Assembly (NCBI GenBank): GCA_963734525.1 | Contig: CAVTHI010000009.1 | Coordinates: forward strand, 3,429-67,428 | Origin: an uncultured archaeon | Lineage (GTDB): Archaea; Micrarchaeota; Micrarchaeia; Anstonellales; Bilamarchaeaceae | Reading direction: 5' to 3' | DNA length: 64,000 bases | Part shown: positions 46,949 through 55,570 of the stretch, piece after piece | How positions within the stretch are numbered: position 1 is the first letter of the stretch | Layout of the letters: the number at the start of each line of letters is the position of its first letter | The notes under the pieces: model-generated | The model's input: only the letters and a program-made list of their open reading frames with translations | Databases searched by the model: none | Told to the model about the DNA's origin: nothing | Position numbers and translations under genes: made by a program

Positions 46949-47139
46949 GCAGGAGTAGCGAAGCGGTCAAACGTGACAGACTCAAGAGGCTTTTTGACTT
47001 AAGCCTTTCTCCGGGCAAAAACCCTGGAAAAAGCCCTGAGGCAAATCGCCAAAACGGTTGCGTAAAGTTCCTGATCCAATCGTGGTTTGGGAAATCTGTT
47101 GGCCTAGCGCCTTCGAAGGTTCAAATCCTTCCTCCTGCA
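46949..47139 (+). tRNA. tRNA-Leu(CAA) with a 107-nt intron at 37/38 (intron 46987-47093)
   Basis: Hand-folded. Acceptor GCAGGAG/CUCCUGC plus discriminator A. Anticodon stem ACAGA/UCUGU (5/5 pairs) with loop CU-CAA-G|intron|A. Long variable arm. T-arm GAAGG-UUCAAAU-CCUUC. Confidence 0.85.
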
Positions 47140-47153
47140 ATTTCTAAGAAATT

Positions 47154-47188
47154 GCGGGAGCCTTGGCTGAAAAGCCAGGCGCTCCCGC
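47154..47188 (+). terminator. GC-rich hairpin followed by ATTTTATT, downstream of tRNA-Leu
   Basis: GCGGGAGCCTTGGCT-GAAA-AGCCAGGCGCTCCCGC (one bulge), then a T-run. Confidence 0.45.
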
Positions 47189-47318
47189 ATTTTATTCACA
47201 TCACCCGTGTTCGGCCCGTGGTGAACGACAGGGGTTGCATATCCGTTTATAAATAGTTCATGGCATTAACTAATTACCGACTTGCCAGCGATCAGCTGAT
47301 TGACGGCGGAGGCATGAG

Positions 47319-47766
47319 ATGGACGAAACGAGGGTAGAGAGGATTTCACGGGGCATGGGTTCATTCATCAGGTTATTCCAGATAATGAGGAACCGGAGCG
47401 AGTCGGCGGGTATCCGGCCGCCTCCCCTGGACCCCCAGTATGTGATGCTGGCCGTCCTGAGGGAGGGCCCGCTCACCATGTCCGAATTGAGCGGACGGCT
47501 CGGATGCTCCAAGCCGAACGTCACCGCGCTCGCGGGCAGGCTGATAGACGAGGGTCTAGCGAGAAGGCAGCCAGGACAAGTCGGACCGGCGGGTCATCAG
47601 GATAGGGATAACGGGGAAGGGCAGGACGGTGATGGAGAAACGCAGGGAGGCGGCCAAGGCCGCCATCCGGGCGAACCTCTCGAAATTGGGCGAAAAGGAT
47701 CTTGACGGGCTGTGCGAATCCCTCGAAAGGGTGAACATGATTATCGCGAAACTGGGAAGTGATTGA
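47319..47766 (+). pseudogene. MarR family regulator with a 1-nt frameshift near 47,571 (or a consensus error)
   Basis: ..PLTMSELSGRLGCSKPNVTALAGRLIDEGLARRQP in frame 1 continues in the next frame as QDKSDRRVIRIGITGKGRTVMEKRREAAKA..., the canonical MarR wing. Confidence 0.7.
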
Positions 47767-47767
47767 G

Positions 47768-48457
47768 ATGAGCGACCATTCAATGCAGACGAAGGAAACG
47801 CCCCATGGCGAACACAAGGGAATCGGGGAGAACCCCCTGATATCGAGAATCAAGAAGCACCCGCTCATTGCCGAAATCGCGCTGCTGATCGTATTCGTGG
47901 TCATCGCGGGCGCGTACCTCTACATCCAGGATATGGAAGGCAAGATATACATCGAGAAGGCGGAAATCAGCGCGCCGGTGATATCGCTCAGCTCCCCGGT
48001 TTACGGGCCGATTGAAAAGGTTTATGTCGAAGAGGGCGACGGTGTTTCCCAGGGCCAGCGCGTGGCGCTTGTCGGGAACACGACCGTCTACGCGGAGACG
48101 CAGGGGATAATCATCTGGGCCAAGAACACGCCGGGCCAGATGACGGGCCCGGGCGACCCGCTCGTCAAGATGATAGAGCCCGGCCAGTTCCGCGTGGTCG
48201 GCCGCGTGCAGGAGGACAAGGGGCTGAAGGACATACATCCGGGCCAACAGGTGATTTTCACCGTGGACGCCTTCCCCTCGAAGCAGTATGTGGGGTACGT
48301 GGACTCGGTTGCCATGACCGCACGCACGTCCGACATCGTGTTCAGCATCTCGGATAAACGGGAGGCCCGCGAGTTCGAGGTCCGCGCGCTGTTCGACTCG
48401 CGCGCATACCCCGAACTGAAGAACGGGATGTCCGCGAAGATGTGGATTGTGAAGTGA
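47768..48457 (+). CDS. HlyD/EmrA-type membrane fusion protein (short form)
   Basis: N-terminal TM, then AEISAPV..GPIEKVYVEEGDGVSQGQ..A.. and ..VDAFPSKQYVGYVDSV beta-barrel motifs. Confidence 0.65.
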   Translation: MSDHSMQTKETPHGEHKGIGENPLISRIKKHPLIAEIALLIVFVVIAGAYLYIQDMEGKIYIEKAEISAPVISLSSPVYGPIEKVYVEEGDGVSQGQRVALVGNTTVYAETQGIIIWAKNTPGQMTGPGDPLVKMIEPGQFRVVGRVQEDKGLKDIHPGQQVIFTVDAFPSKQYVGYVDSVAMTARTSDIVFSISDKREAREFEVRALFDSRAYPELKNGMSAKMWIVK

Positions 48458-48490
48458 AGGCTGCGAAAACGACAAGGACGCTGGTTTCGA

Positions 48491-49976
48491 ATGTCTAATA
48501 CCGGGGACAGCCTCAAGTGGTGGATACTGCTCACAGTCATCATAGGCACTTTCCTAGGGCGGCTGGACCAGACGATAGTCAACCTCGCGCTCCCGAAAAT
48601 CATGGAGGACTTCTCTATCACGGTTTCGGAGGCCGGATGGATAGCGACCGCGTACATACTCGCGAACGCCGTCTTCGTCCCGGTCTGGGGAAAGCTCGGG
48701 GACACCATCGGAAGGAAGAAGGTGTACATCTGGGGCTTCTCCATCTTCATCTTCGGCTCGGTGCTCGCGGGCCTCGCGTGGGACCTGAACTCGATGATTG
48801 CGTTTCGCATCATACAGGCGATTGCGGGCTCCGCGGATTATCCCGACGGCGATGGCCATCATCGCGGTGACGTTCCGCGGGGCGAGGGAGAGGGCGGAGG
48901 CGCTCGGCATCTGGTCGTCGGCATTCGCCGCATCCGCGGTCTTCGGGCCGCTTCTTGGCGGGCCGCTTATTGACAGCTTCGGGTGGCGCTCGGTCTTCCT
49001 CGTAAACCTCCCGGTCGGGATACTCGGCCTTGCGATGGCGCTCATTTTCGTCCGGGAATCGGTCTCCGAAAAGCGCACGGTGAAGTTCGACGTCTGGGGC
49101 GCGCTCACGCTCGGAATCACGCTGTCCGCGCTCGTCCTTGTCCTGGACAAAGGGCTGGACTGGGGCTGGACCTCGTTCGAGGCATTGGCGTGCTACGCGG
49201 CGGTCCTGGTGTTCGGATACGCGTTCTACCGCATCGATTCGGTGCATCCGGAGCCCATCGTCGATTTCAAGTTCTTCAGGATAGGGGCCTTCATGGGCGC
49301 GCTCACGAACAACTTCACCGTGTTCATGGGGATGATGGGCGGCGTGTTCCTCATCCCGGTGTTCGTCCAGACATTCCTCGGCTATGATGCGACGCAGACC
49401 GGGCTCATGTTCATGCCGATGGCGGCGGGCATGATGATTGCCGCGCCGCTCGGGTCCAGGCTGGTCGGAAAGGTGAATCCGGGAATCGTGATTACGGTCA
49501 GCACGCTGATTGCCGCCGTGGGCATACTCATGTTCGTCAACCTCGACCCCCGCTCCGGCCCCCTGGACATAATCATACCTGTTTTCGTCATGGCTTCGGG
49601 AATGGGGTTCGGCATGGCGCAAAGGACGAACATAATCGCGTCCGCGGTCCCCGAGGAGGAGATAGGCGTCGCATCCTCGGTCCTCGCCCTGGTCCGCAAC
49701 ATTGCCGGAGCGTTCGGGATTGCCATTTTCGCGACCATCCTGAAGAATGCCACGGAAAGCAGCCTCCTTGCGATATCCGGGAACAGCGTCATAAACACGC
49801 ACGACCCGGTCATGCTCCAGCAGATAGCCGCGCTGATGGTCCTGAAGGCGCAGATTCTGGGCTACCATACGGTGTTCATCATCGCCTCGGGAATAATGTT
49901 CGTTTCGGCGGCGCTCGCGTTCTTCATGATAAAAGTGAAGGAGAAGAAGAGCGGCGTCGAGGTATTCGTCGAGTGA
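48491..49976 (+). pseudogene. MFS (DHA2/EmrB-type, 14-TM) efflux transporter with a 1-nt frameshift near 48,833-48,837 (or a consensus error)
   Basis: LDQTIVNLALPKI and GKLGDTIGRKK MFS motifs. ..IQAIAGSA in frame 1 continues as IIPTAMAIIAVTF..ALGIWSS in the next frame. Confidence 0.75.
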
Positions 49977-49979
49977 TTG

Positions 49980-51401
49980 TCACCGGTATGCCGACATCAG
50001 CTGTTCCATGTGCGCCAGGGCGACCGGGTCGTAGTAGTCCTTTCCCAAGTCGCGCATGACATCCCCGCCCTGCGTCGGCCGGTACCAGTTCTCCGCATGG
50101 CAGTTCCTGAAGCATCCGACCTCGTCGGCGCCGCTCCCCGTGCCGATAAGGGAGCCCCACTTGTCCGCGCACGTGTAACCGGGCGTGTCGCTGGCGCAGT
50201 TCGGGTAAGGCGGGTCGATCGTGTTGTTCCAGCTCCCGTCGTAAGTGTCCCCGAGGTCCCCGAACGAATGGGAGAACTCGTGGACGAATATCCCGGGCGA
50301 TGATGAGCCTATGAACAGGATATTGTCTTCGCCCTCGCCCCGGGCATAAGGCGTCTGCACGGCGCCATTGTCGAAAAGGACGACGAGCTGGTCCCCGCGG
50401 CCCCGGTCGAATCCGCAGGCTGATGCCATCATGCGCATCGCGCTGATATTGCAGAAGGGGGTCGTGTTCCCTGCAAGCTCGCAACCGTCAGAAGCGTCAG
50501 CCTCCGCAAGAAAGAAGACATTGATTTTACCCTCGCGGGAGCCGAAGAACGGGAAATCGAGCAGCGCGTCCTTGAACGTTGCCGTGTCTGAGGCGAAATC
50601 CGACATGTCCGAGTAATGATGGGACGGGAGGAAGATGATGTTGAGCTTGTCCGCCATATCCCCGCTCGCAAGAAGCTCGTTGCATGAGCCCTCGGTGAAA
50701 TTGGCGGCCGGCGGTTCCTCCTGTGGCGGCGAGGCGCCGCAGCGGCTGACTGTGGAGGGGTTTTCCTTGAAATAAACCTCGCATTCGCCGCTAAGTGGGG
50801 CCCCGGTCATGAACTTGCCGCACCACGCGCCATGCGGGCCTACGGCCACCGGGCTCTCCGAGTATGCCACACTGCATTCGCGGCAGCATTTCGGGCCGAG
50901 CTGCGGGTCCGCATTCGCCGGTTGCGGCGCTTTTGTGCACGTGCCGCTTACGCATTTTGCCGTGAAATCGTCGTTGACGGACATGACGGCGCAGCCGGGA
51001 GCCGGGCCGCAGTCCGCCTTGCCGGGGCAATAAGCGCCTTTTCCGGCTTCGTACCAGGCCTTGCTGACCGCAACCCATTTTTCGAGCGAGTAATCGATGG
51101 CGTCGCAGGCGCCTGCCCAGCAGCAGCCGAACCCCAGCGAGCCGTCCGCAAGGACGCAATCCGAATCGGTAGCGCAGGAGATGTCCTTGTCAATGTCGAA
51201 GCGGTCTTTCTGGGAGGCGAAAGCCGGGCAACCTGGGGCCCTGCACTGGCGGGGGTATGATTCCATGATGGGATAGCCGGCGGCGGCGCACTCGTCGAAC
51301 GATTTGATGCTGCACGCCGTCCCGTTGGCCGGGGGCGGCGGGGTGATGCACCCAAGAACGAATATGCACATCAGCATCGGCAGGATGAGGCGGGCTTTCA
51401 T
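49980..51401 (-). CDS. Secreted lipoprotein with a Cys-rich N-terminal half and an M64-like (IgA-peptidase-type) zinc metalloprotease domain
   Basis: Lipobox MLMCIFVLGC. About 25 Cys in the first ~230 aa. FVHEFSHSFGDLGDTY resembles the M64 HExxH..L.DEY motif. Confidence 0.55.
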   Translation of the reverse strand: MKARLILPMLMCIFVLGCITPPPPANGTACSIKSFDECAAAGYPIMESYPRQCRAPGCPAFASQKDRFDIDKDISCATDSDCVLADGSLGFGCCWAGACDAIDYSLEKWVAVSKAWYEAGKGAYCPGKADCGPAPGCAVMSVNDDFTAKCVSGTCTKAPQPANADPQLGPKCCRECSVAYSESPVAVGPHGAWCGKFMTGAPLSGECEVYFKENPSTVSRCGASPPQEEPPAANFTEGSCNELLASGDMADKLNIIFLPSHHYSDMSDFASDTATFKDALLDFPFFGSREGKINVFFLAEADASDGCELAGNTTPFCNISAMRMMASACGFDRGRGDQLVVLFDNGAVQTPYARGEGEDNILFIGSSSPGIFVHEFSHSFGDLGDTYDGSWNNTIDPPYPNCASDTPGYTCADKWGSLIGTGSGADEVGCFRNCHAENWYRPTQGGDVMRDLGKDYYDPVALAHMEQLMSAYR

Positions 51402-51431
51402 AAGCGGATAACCCGAAGGTTGTTAATAATC

Positions 51432-51947
51432 CTAACCGTAGACGATGACCTGCGCCCATGCATGGCCGGTGTATCCGCCTGCGACCTTCACCACGAGGAT
51501 GCGGTAGCTCCCCCCGTCCGGGCTGACCCACATCTCGGACTGGCCCGGGCAGATGAACATCTTCTCGATGAGGGAGCCGTTTGCCGCCCAGAGGCTGAAT
51601 ATGCCGCAGGGCTCGGCCGATGTCGGCACAATGGACACGTCGTCGAGCGCGATTACATAGCTATTGTTTGCGAACGCGAGCCCTTCGGGCGGCTTGGGGG
51701 GTGCGGGTTCTGTGTTTTGCGGGGTTACGTTAATCTGCGGCGCTTCCGGTGTTTCGTTCTGTAAAGGCGTTTCGTCGGGAATGATGGAGATGTTGCCGGA
51801 CGTTTCCGGGGGAGGCACGGCAATCTGCGAATCGTTTGCCGGAGGCGAAATGGAAGGCGGGTCCGTCAAGTTGGAGCTGTTTTCAGCGGTTTCCTGGGTG
51901 ACGCATCCGGCGAGCATGATTGCGAAAACGAGCAAGATGAGCCTCAT
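51432..51947 (-). CDS. Lipoprotein with a Pro/Thr/Glu/Asn-rich linker
   Basis: Start set at MRLILLVFAIMLAGC (nt 51947), followed by a PPxxS/T low-complexity linker and a ~80-aa beta-rich domain. Confidence 0.55.
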   Translation of the reverse strand: MRLILLVFAIMLAGCVTQETAENSSNLTDPPSISPPANDSQIAVPPPETSGNISIIPDETPLQNETPEAPQINVTPQNTEPAPPKPPEGLAFANNSYVIALDDVSIVPTSAEPCGIFSLWAANGSLIEKMFICPGQSEMWVSPDGGSYRILVVKVAGGYTGHAWAQVIVYG

Positions 51948-52007
51948 GATTAGAATGGGTTGCGCGGCCATATAAACCTGAGCGCGCCATGGGTAGGCAG
52001 GGATAGG

Positions 52008-52304
52008 ATGTACCTCAGAATACACAAGAACCCCCGGGGCAGGGTGGTCGCGGTATGCGACGAGGATTTGCTGGGCAAGGTCCTTGAGGACAAGGGCGCA
52101 TACATGGACCTGGACCGCTACAGGTCCTTCTACGATGAACGCAAGGCCGGAGCCGCGGAAGTCGAAGAAGCCCTTGCCAGCTTCGATTCGGCCAATATTG
52201 TGGGAAAGGAAGCGGTCGGTGTGGCGATAAAGATGGGATTAATCGGGAAAACGGACGTTATGTATATAAAGAAAACGCCTTATATCCAGATTTACAGATT
52301 ATAA
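52008..52304 (+). CDS. DUF424-family archaeal protein
   Basis: MYLRIHKNPRGRVVAVCDEDLLGK...FYDE...ANIVGKEAV...YIQIYRL matches the DUF424 pattern as recalled. Confidence 0.5.
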   Translation: MYLRIHKNPRGRVVAVCDEDLLGKVLEDKGAYMDLDRYRSFYDERKAGAAEVEEALASFDSANIVGKEAVGVAIKMGLIGKTDVMYIKKTPYIQIYRL

Positions 52305-52320
52305 CCTTAGAGGTGGGGAT

Positions 52321-52728
52321 GTGAAATCAGTCACTATTGTAGCGGACGACAAGGTAGGGCTTCTTGCGGACATATCATACATACTGGCCAAGAGCAAAAT
52401 CAACATCGACGCAATCAACGTTGACGTCGTTGGCGGAAAGGCGATAATTTCGCTCGCCCTCTCCGACGCGGTCAAGGGAAAGCAGGTCGTCGAGGCGGCC
52501 GGCTACAAGTGCGAGGACCCGAACGCGGTCGTGATAAAAATCCCCGACAAGCCAGGAGAGCTGAACAAGATGACCACGCAACTCGCGAAGGAGGGCGTGA
52601 ACGTCCAGAACGTCCATGTGCTTTCCAAGGACGGCGCGAACACCGTGCTTTCAGTCGTCGTGGACAAGCCGAAACGGGCCGCGCTGGTCCTCCAGCCGCA
52701 CCTGATAACGAACGATTCGGCCATCTGA
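52321..52728 (+). CDS. Tandem ACT-domain protein
   Basis: Two ACT motifs (VTIVADDKVGLLADISYILAKSKINI; VVIKIPDKPGELNKMTTQLAKEGVNV). GTG start preceded by AGGTGG. Confidence 0.65.
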   Translation: MKSVTIVADDKVGLLADISYILAKSKINIDAINVDVVGGKAIISLALSDAVKGKQVVEAAGYKCEDPNAVVIKIPDKPGELNKMTTQLAKEGVNVQNVHVLSKDGANTVLSVVVDKPKRAALVLQPHLITNDSAI

Positions 52729-52750
52729 GCGGTTTCTTCTGAATTGAGAA

Positions 52751-53746
52751 TCAGAGGTCGGCTTCGACCGACTTCTCCTTTTTATCCAATTTTCCATTGT
52801 ATTTCTTTTCCAGCTCGTCCTGCTTGCCGGATTTCGCGAGAGCGATGATTTCCTCGGCTTTCTGGTAATTGGAGTATATGTAATCCCCGGCCTCCTTGCC
52901 GGCCTTCTCCTCAAGCGCTAGCTGGGAAAGGCGCTCCCTCTGCTTCTCGAGGCGCTCCTGGAGCCTTTCGAGCTTCGGGTTCGGCTTCTCGGCGTGCGCG
53001 TAATATTCGTCCGCGGCCTCGCTCAGCGAAGGGAAATCCCGTGTTTCTTGCCTCGCGAATGCGGCGAGGGCGGCGAGCGAGTATTCGGACATTTTGCCCT
53101 CTTTGAAGAATGCGACGGGCTTCGCCTGCGCGACGATATTGGAGATTTCCTGCTCCAGCTTCAGTATCTGGTTGCCGCTCAGCGAGTTGCCGGGCGTTTT
53201 TTCATCGATTTTAGCCCTTGCGAGGGCTTCCAGCGCATAGTCCTTGCCGAGGGGGAGCTTCATTAGCGAGACGATTATGTATTTGTCCGTGACTTCGAGC
53301 TTTTCCACCGGGGCGGTCTTGGGCGGCTTGTAGGGGCTTCCGGCCTTGATTTCCCGGTCCGACCAGGATTCGTACTTGTGCGCGCTGACCGTTTTTCCGT
53401 CCTTGACGAATATTGCATTCCCCTGCCCGAACATCTCGAATATCAGCTCGCCCTTGTCGAACACGAACGAGACGATGCGGTCGTTGTTGATTTGCCTGAT
53501 TTCCAGGAGGCGCGCGTTGTCCAGCTCCTTTTCCACCTTTTCCGTGAACTTGTCGGATTCGGCCGGCTCGATGTACCGCGTGGAATGGATTCGCACGCCG
53601 AGCTCGCATATGACTTCGATTCCGGCGATTTTCATGCGGTAAACGCCGTCGCCGACTTTGCGGATGCGGCCGAAGTGCTTGCCGTTAAGCTGGCGGCCGA
53701 GCTCGCCGACAATGAAGGAGTATTCGAGGTTCGACATCTTGTGCAT
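52751..53746 (-). CDS. NFACT-N (RqcH/Rqc2/FbpA N-terminal) domain protein plus coiled coil; no NFACT-R/C part
   Basis: YSFIVGELGRQLNGKHFGRIRKVGDGVYRMKI...IFEMFGQGNAIFV is the NFACT-N pattern. The protein ends after a coiled coil at 331 aa. Confidence 0.6.
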   Translation of the reverse strand: MHKMSNLEYSFIVGELGRQLNGKHFGRIRKVGDGVYRMKIAGIEVICELGVRIHSTRYIEPAESDKFTEKVEKELDNARLLEIRQINNDRIVSFVFDKGELIFEMFGQGNAIFVKDGKTVSAHKYESWSDREIKAGSPYKPPKTAPVEKLEVTDKYIIVSLMKLPLGKDYALEALARAKIDEKTPGNSLSGNQILKLEQEISNIVAQAKPVAFFKEGKMSEYSLAALAAFARQETRDFPSLSEAADEYYAHAEKPNPKLERLQERLEKQRERLSQLALEEKAGKEAGDYIYSNYQKAEEIIALAKSGKQDELEKKYNGKLDKKEKSVEADL

Positions 53747-53845
53747 GGGGTAGAATTGCGCGGGGAGGTTAAAGAAATATGAAGTAGTGATAATAAGTGA
53801 TTATTACTGACTATTTATAAAACGTTAGACGCAAAGCATTAATCG

Positions 53846-54565
53846 ATGAGGCTAAGGAGAGGCGACGAAGCAAAGGCCGCGCGTGCGGGGGCAGCTGCGC
53901 ATAACCAATGGGGCAGGCCCATCGCCGAATGCCTATCAACGCTCGCAATAGCCGGGGCAATCGGTTGCGCCCATGCGCAGGAGCATCTCTACGACCCGCC
54001 ACGGGGCAGCATCGCCATCTATTCGCTCGAGGACGGCATCCGCCCGGAAAGGGTGGCAATCGGCAACGACATCAACGTCATCGCGCACGCGGATGTGCGC
54101 GTCATGCGCGGAGGGAGGCTGGTGAGCCTGAGCGGCCTGGATGCGAAATACGGGGAGGCCGGACTCACGTTCTGCTGGTTCATGTTCCAGGACATCGGAG
54201 TGGGCCCGGACAGCAATCCAACCTGGTTCCTGCTCAATCCGAGATACAGCGAAATCAAAGAGCCGAGATACATCGGCGCGGCGGTCTTCCGCGTGGACGC
54301 GAAAGGAAACGATTATGCCATGGTCGTGCCGGTGAAGCACGATGATACCGCTTTGCAGGATACCGGATGGTCCGTGCAGGCGGCAATCAGGTCCCGAAGC
54401 GACTTCCTGTTCCGCCTCCGCCCGGGCTCGCTCGTCCCGCAACTCGACGCGCATGCGATTTACCGGATGCCGGATTACTGCAAGGAGACCGCGCTTCCGG
54501 AAATCGCGGTCGTGGAGTTCGGCCGGACAATACCCATGCTTGCCGTCTATCCGGACCGGGAGTAG
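53846..54565 (+). CDS. Hypothetical protein
   Basis: 239-aa ORF with a possible signal-like LSTLAIAGAIGCAHA. TATA-like TATTTATAAAA ~29 nt upstream. No family recognised. Confidence 0.45.
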   Translation: MRLRRGDEAKAARAGAAAHNQWGRPIAECLSTLAIAGAIGCAHAQEHLYDPPRGSIAIYSLEDGIRPERVAIGNDINVIAHADVRVMRGGRLVSLSGLDAKYGEAGLTFCWFMFQDIGVGPDSNPTWFLLNPRYSEIKEPRYIGAAVFRVDAKGNDYAMVVPVKHDDTALQDTGWSVQAAIRSRSDFLFRLRPGSLVPQLDAHAIYRMPDYCKETALPEIAVVEFGRTIPMLAVYPDRE

Positions 54566-54605
54566 CTTCCCAATCTTTTTTATCAGTTCTCTGTGAAAGC
54601 CGTGC

Positions 54606-55566
54606 ATGGACCTGGAACCAGAGCTGCTCAAATCCATTTCCAAGGACGAGCTCGAGCGCCAGGTTTCGGGGAAGATAGAGGCCTTCCACGGCTTCCTCAC
54701 GCGCGAAGTGGCCATCAGGCTGATAGCGAAGGAGAAGGGGCTGCTGAAAATCGAGGAGAAAACGTTCAGGCTTTCCGAGATACCCAAGGGTGAGAAGCGG
54801 ATAACATTCAGCGCAAGCGTCAAGAGGGTATGGCCCGTTGCGTCTTATTCATCCGGCAAAAAGTCCAGGGTGGTGGACGTGGAGGACGAAACCGGCGCAA
54901 AACCCCTCGTGCTATGGAACGGTGATGTCGAGCTGGCATCAAAGCTCAGGGCGCAGGATAAGATATCGGTGCGCGGGGCCTATGAAAAGAACAATGAGCT
55001 GCACCTGGGGTACAGCGGCAGCCTCGAAATCGTGGACAAGGCGGCATTTTCCGACCTCGGGGCCCTTGCCGATGGGGAGACGGTGCACCTGAGGGGCGTC
55101 GTTTCCCGCGTCGAGGGATATGACGGGTTCGTGCGGGGGACGCGGACAGTGAAGGGATTCGCATTCATAATATCGGACGGGAAGAACGAGCGCCGGTGCG
55201 TGGTGTTCGAGGGCATGGAGCGCGCGGAACACATACGCGACGGGGATGAGATGATAATCGAAAGCGCAGGGATACATAACGGGAATATCGAAATCGGGGA
55301 GCACAGCCGCATGCTCGCGAGGAGGAGCAAGGAGATGCTCCTTGGGGAAATCACGGTGCTTGAAAGCGCGGGCGACGCGCTTTCATGTCCGAGTCGGGGG
55401 GAAGGATGCGCTTCTGGAACGCGCGAGCGCCCTGCGCTTTTTGGGCGTGGAGGCCGCGCAGGACATCGCGCTTTCCACCGTCGTGAGCCTTAAAAAAGAA
55501 TCATTATTAAATAGTAGAATCGCGCTCAGGATTGAGGAAAAGGGCGGGAAGACCGTCATAAGGTGA
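54606..55566 (+). pseudogene. OB-fold (RPA-like, two OB domains) protein with a frameshift near 55,380-55,384 (or a consensus error)
   Basis: The patterns ..SASVKRVWPV...VVDVEDETG and ..LRGVVSRVEG..GFAFIISDG suggest OB folds. ..VLESAGDAL continues in the next frame as (F)HVRVGGKDALLERASALRFLG... Confidence 0.45.
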
Positions 55567-55570
55567 TGAT

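Noticed and set aside
46987-47093. C/D-box sRNA encoded in the tRNA-Leu intron
   Set aside because: Two CUGA (D-box-like) tetramers are present, but there is no RUGAUGA C box and no terminal kink-turn pairing. Not supportable by eye.
11914-47139. Integrated mobile element or genomic island anchored at tRNA-Ser or tRNA-Leu
   Set aside because: No integrase, transposase or direct repeat of a tRNA 3' end was seen next to either tRNA.
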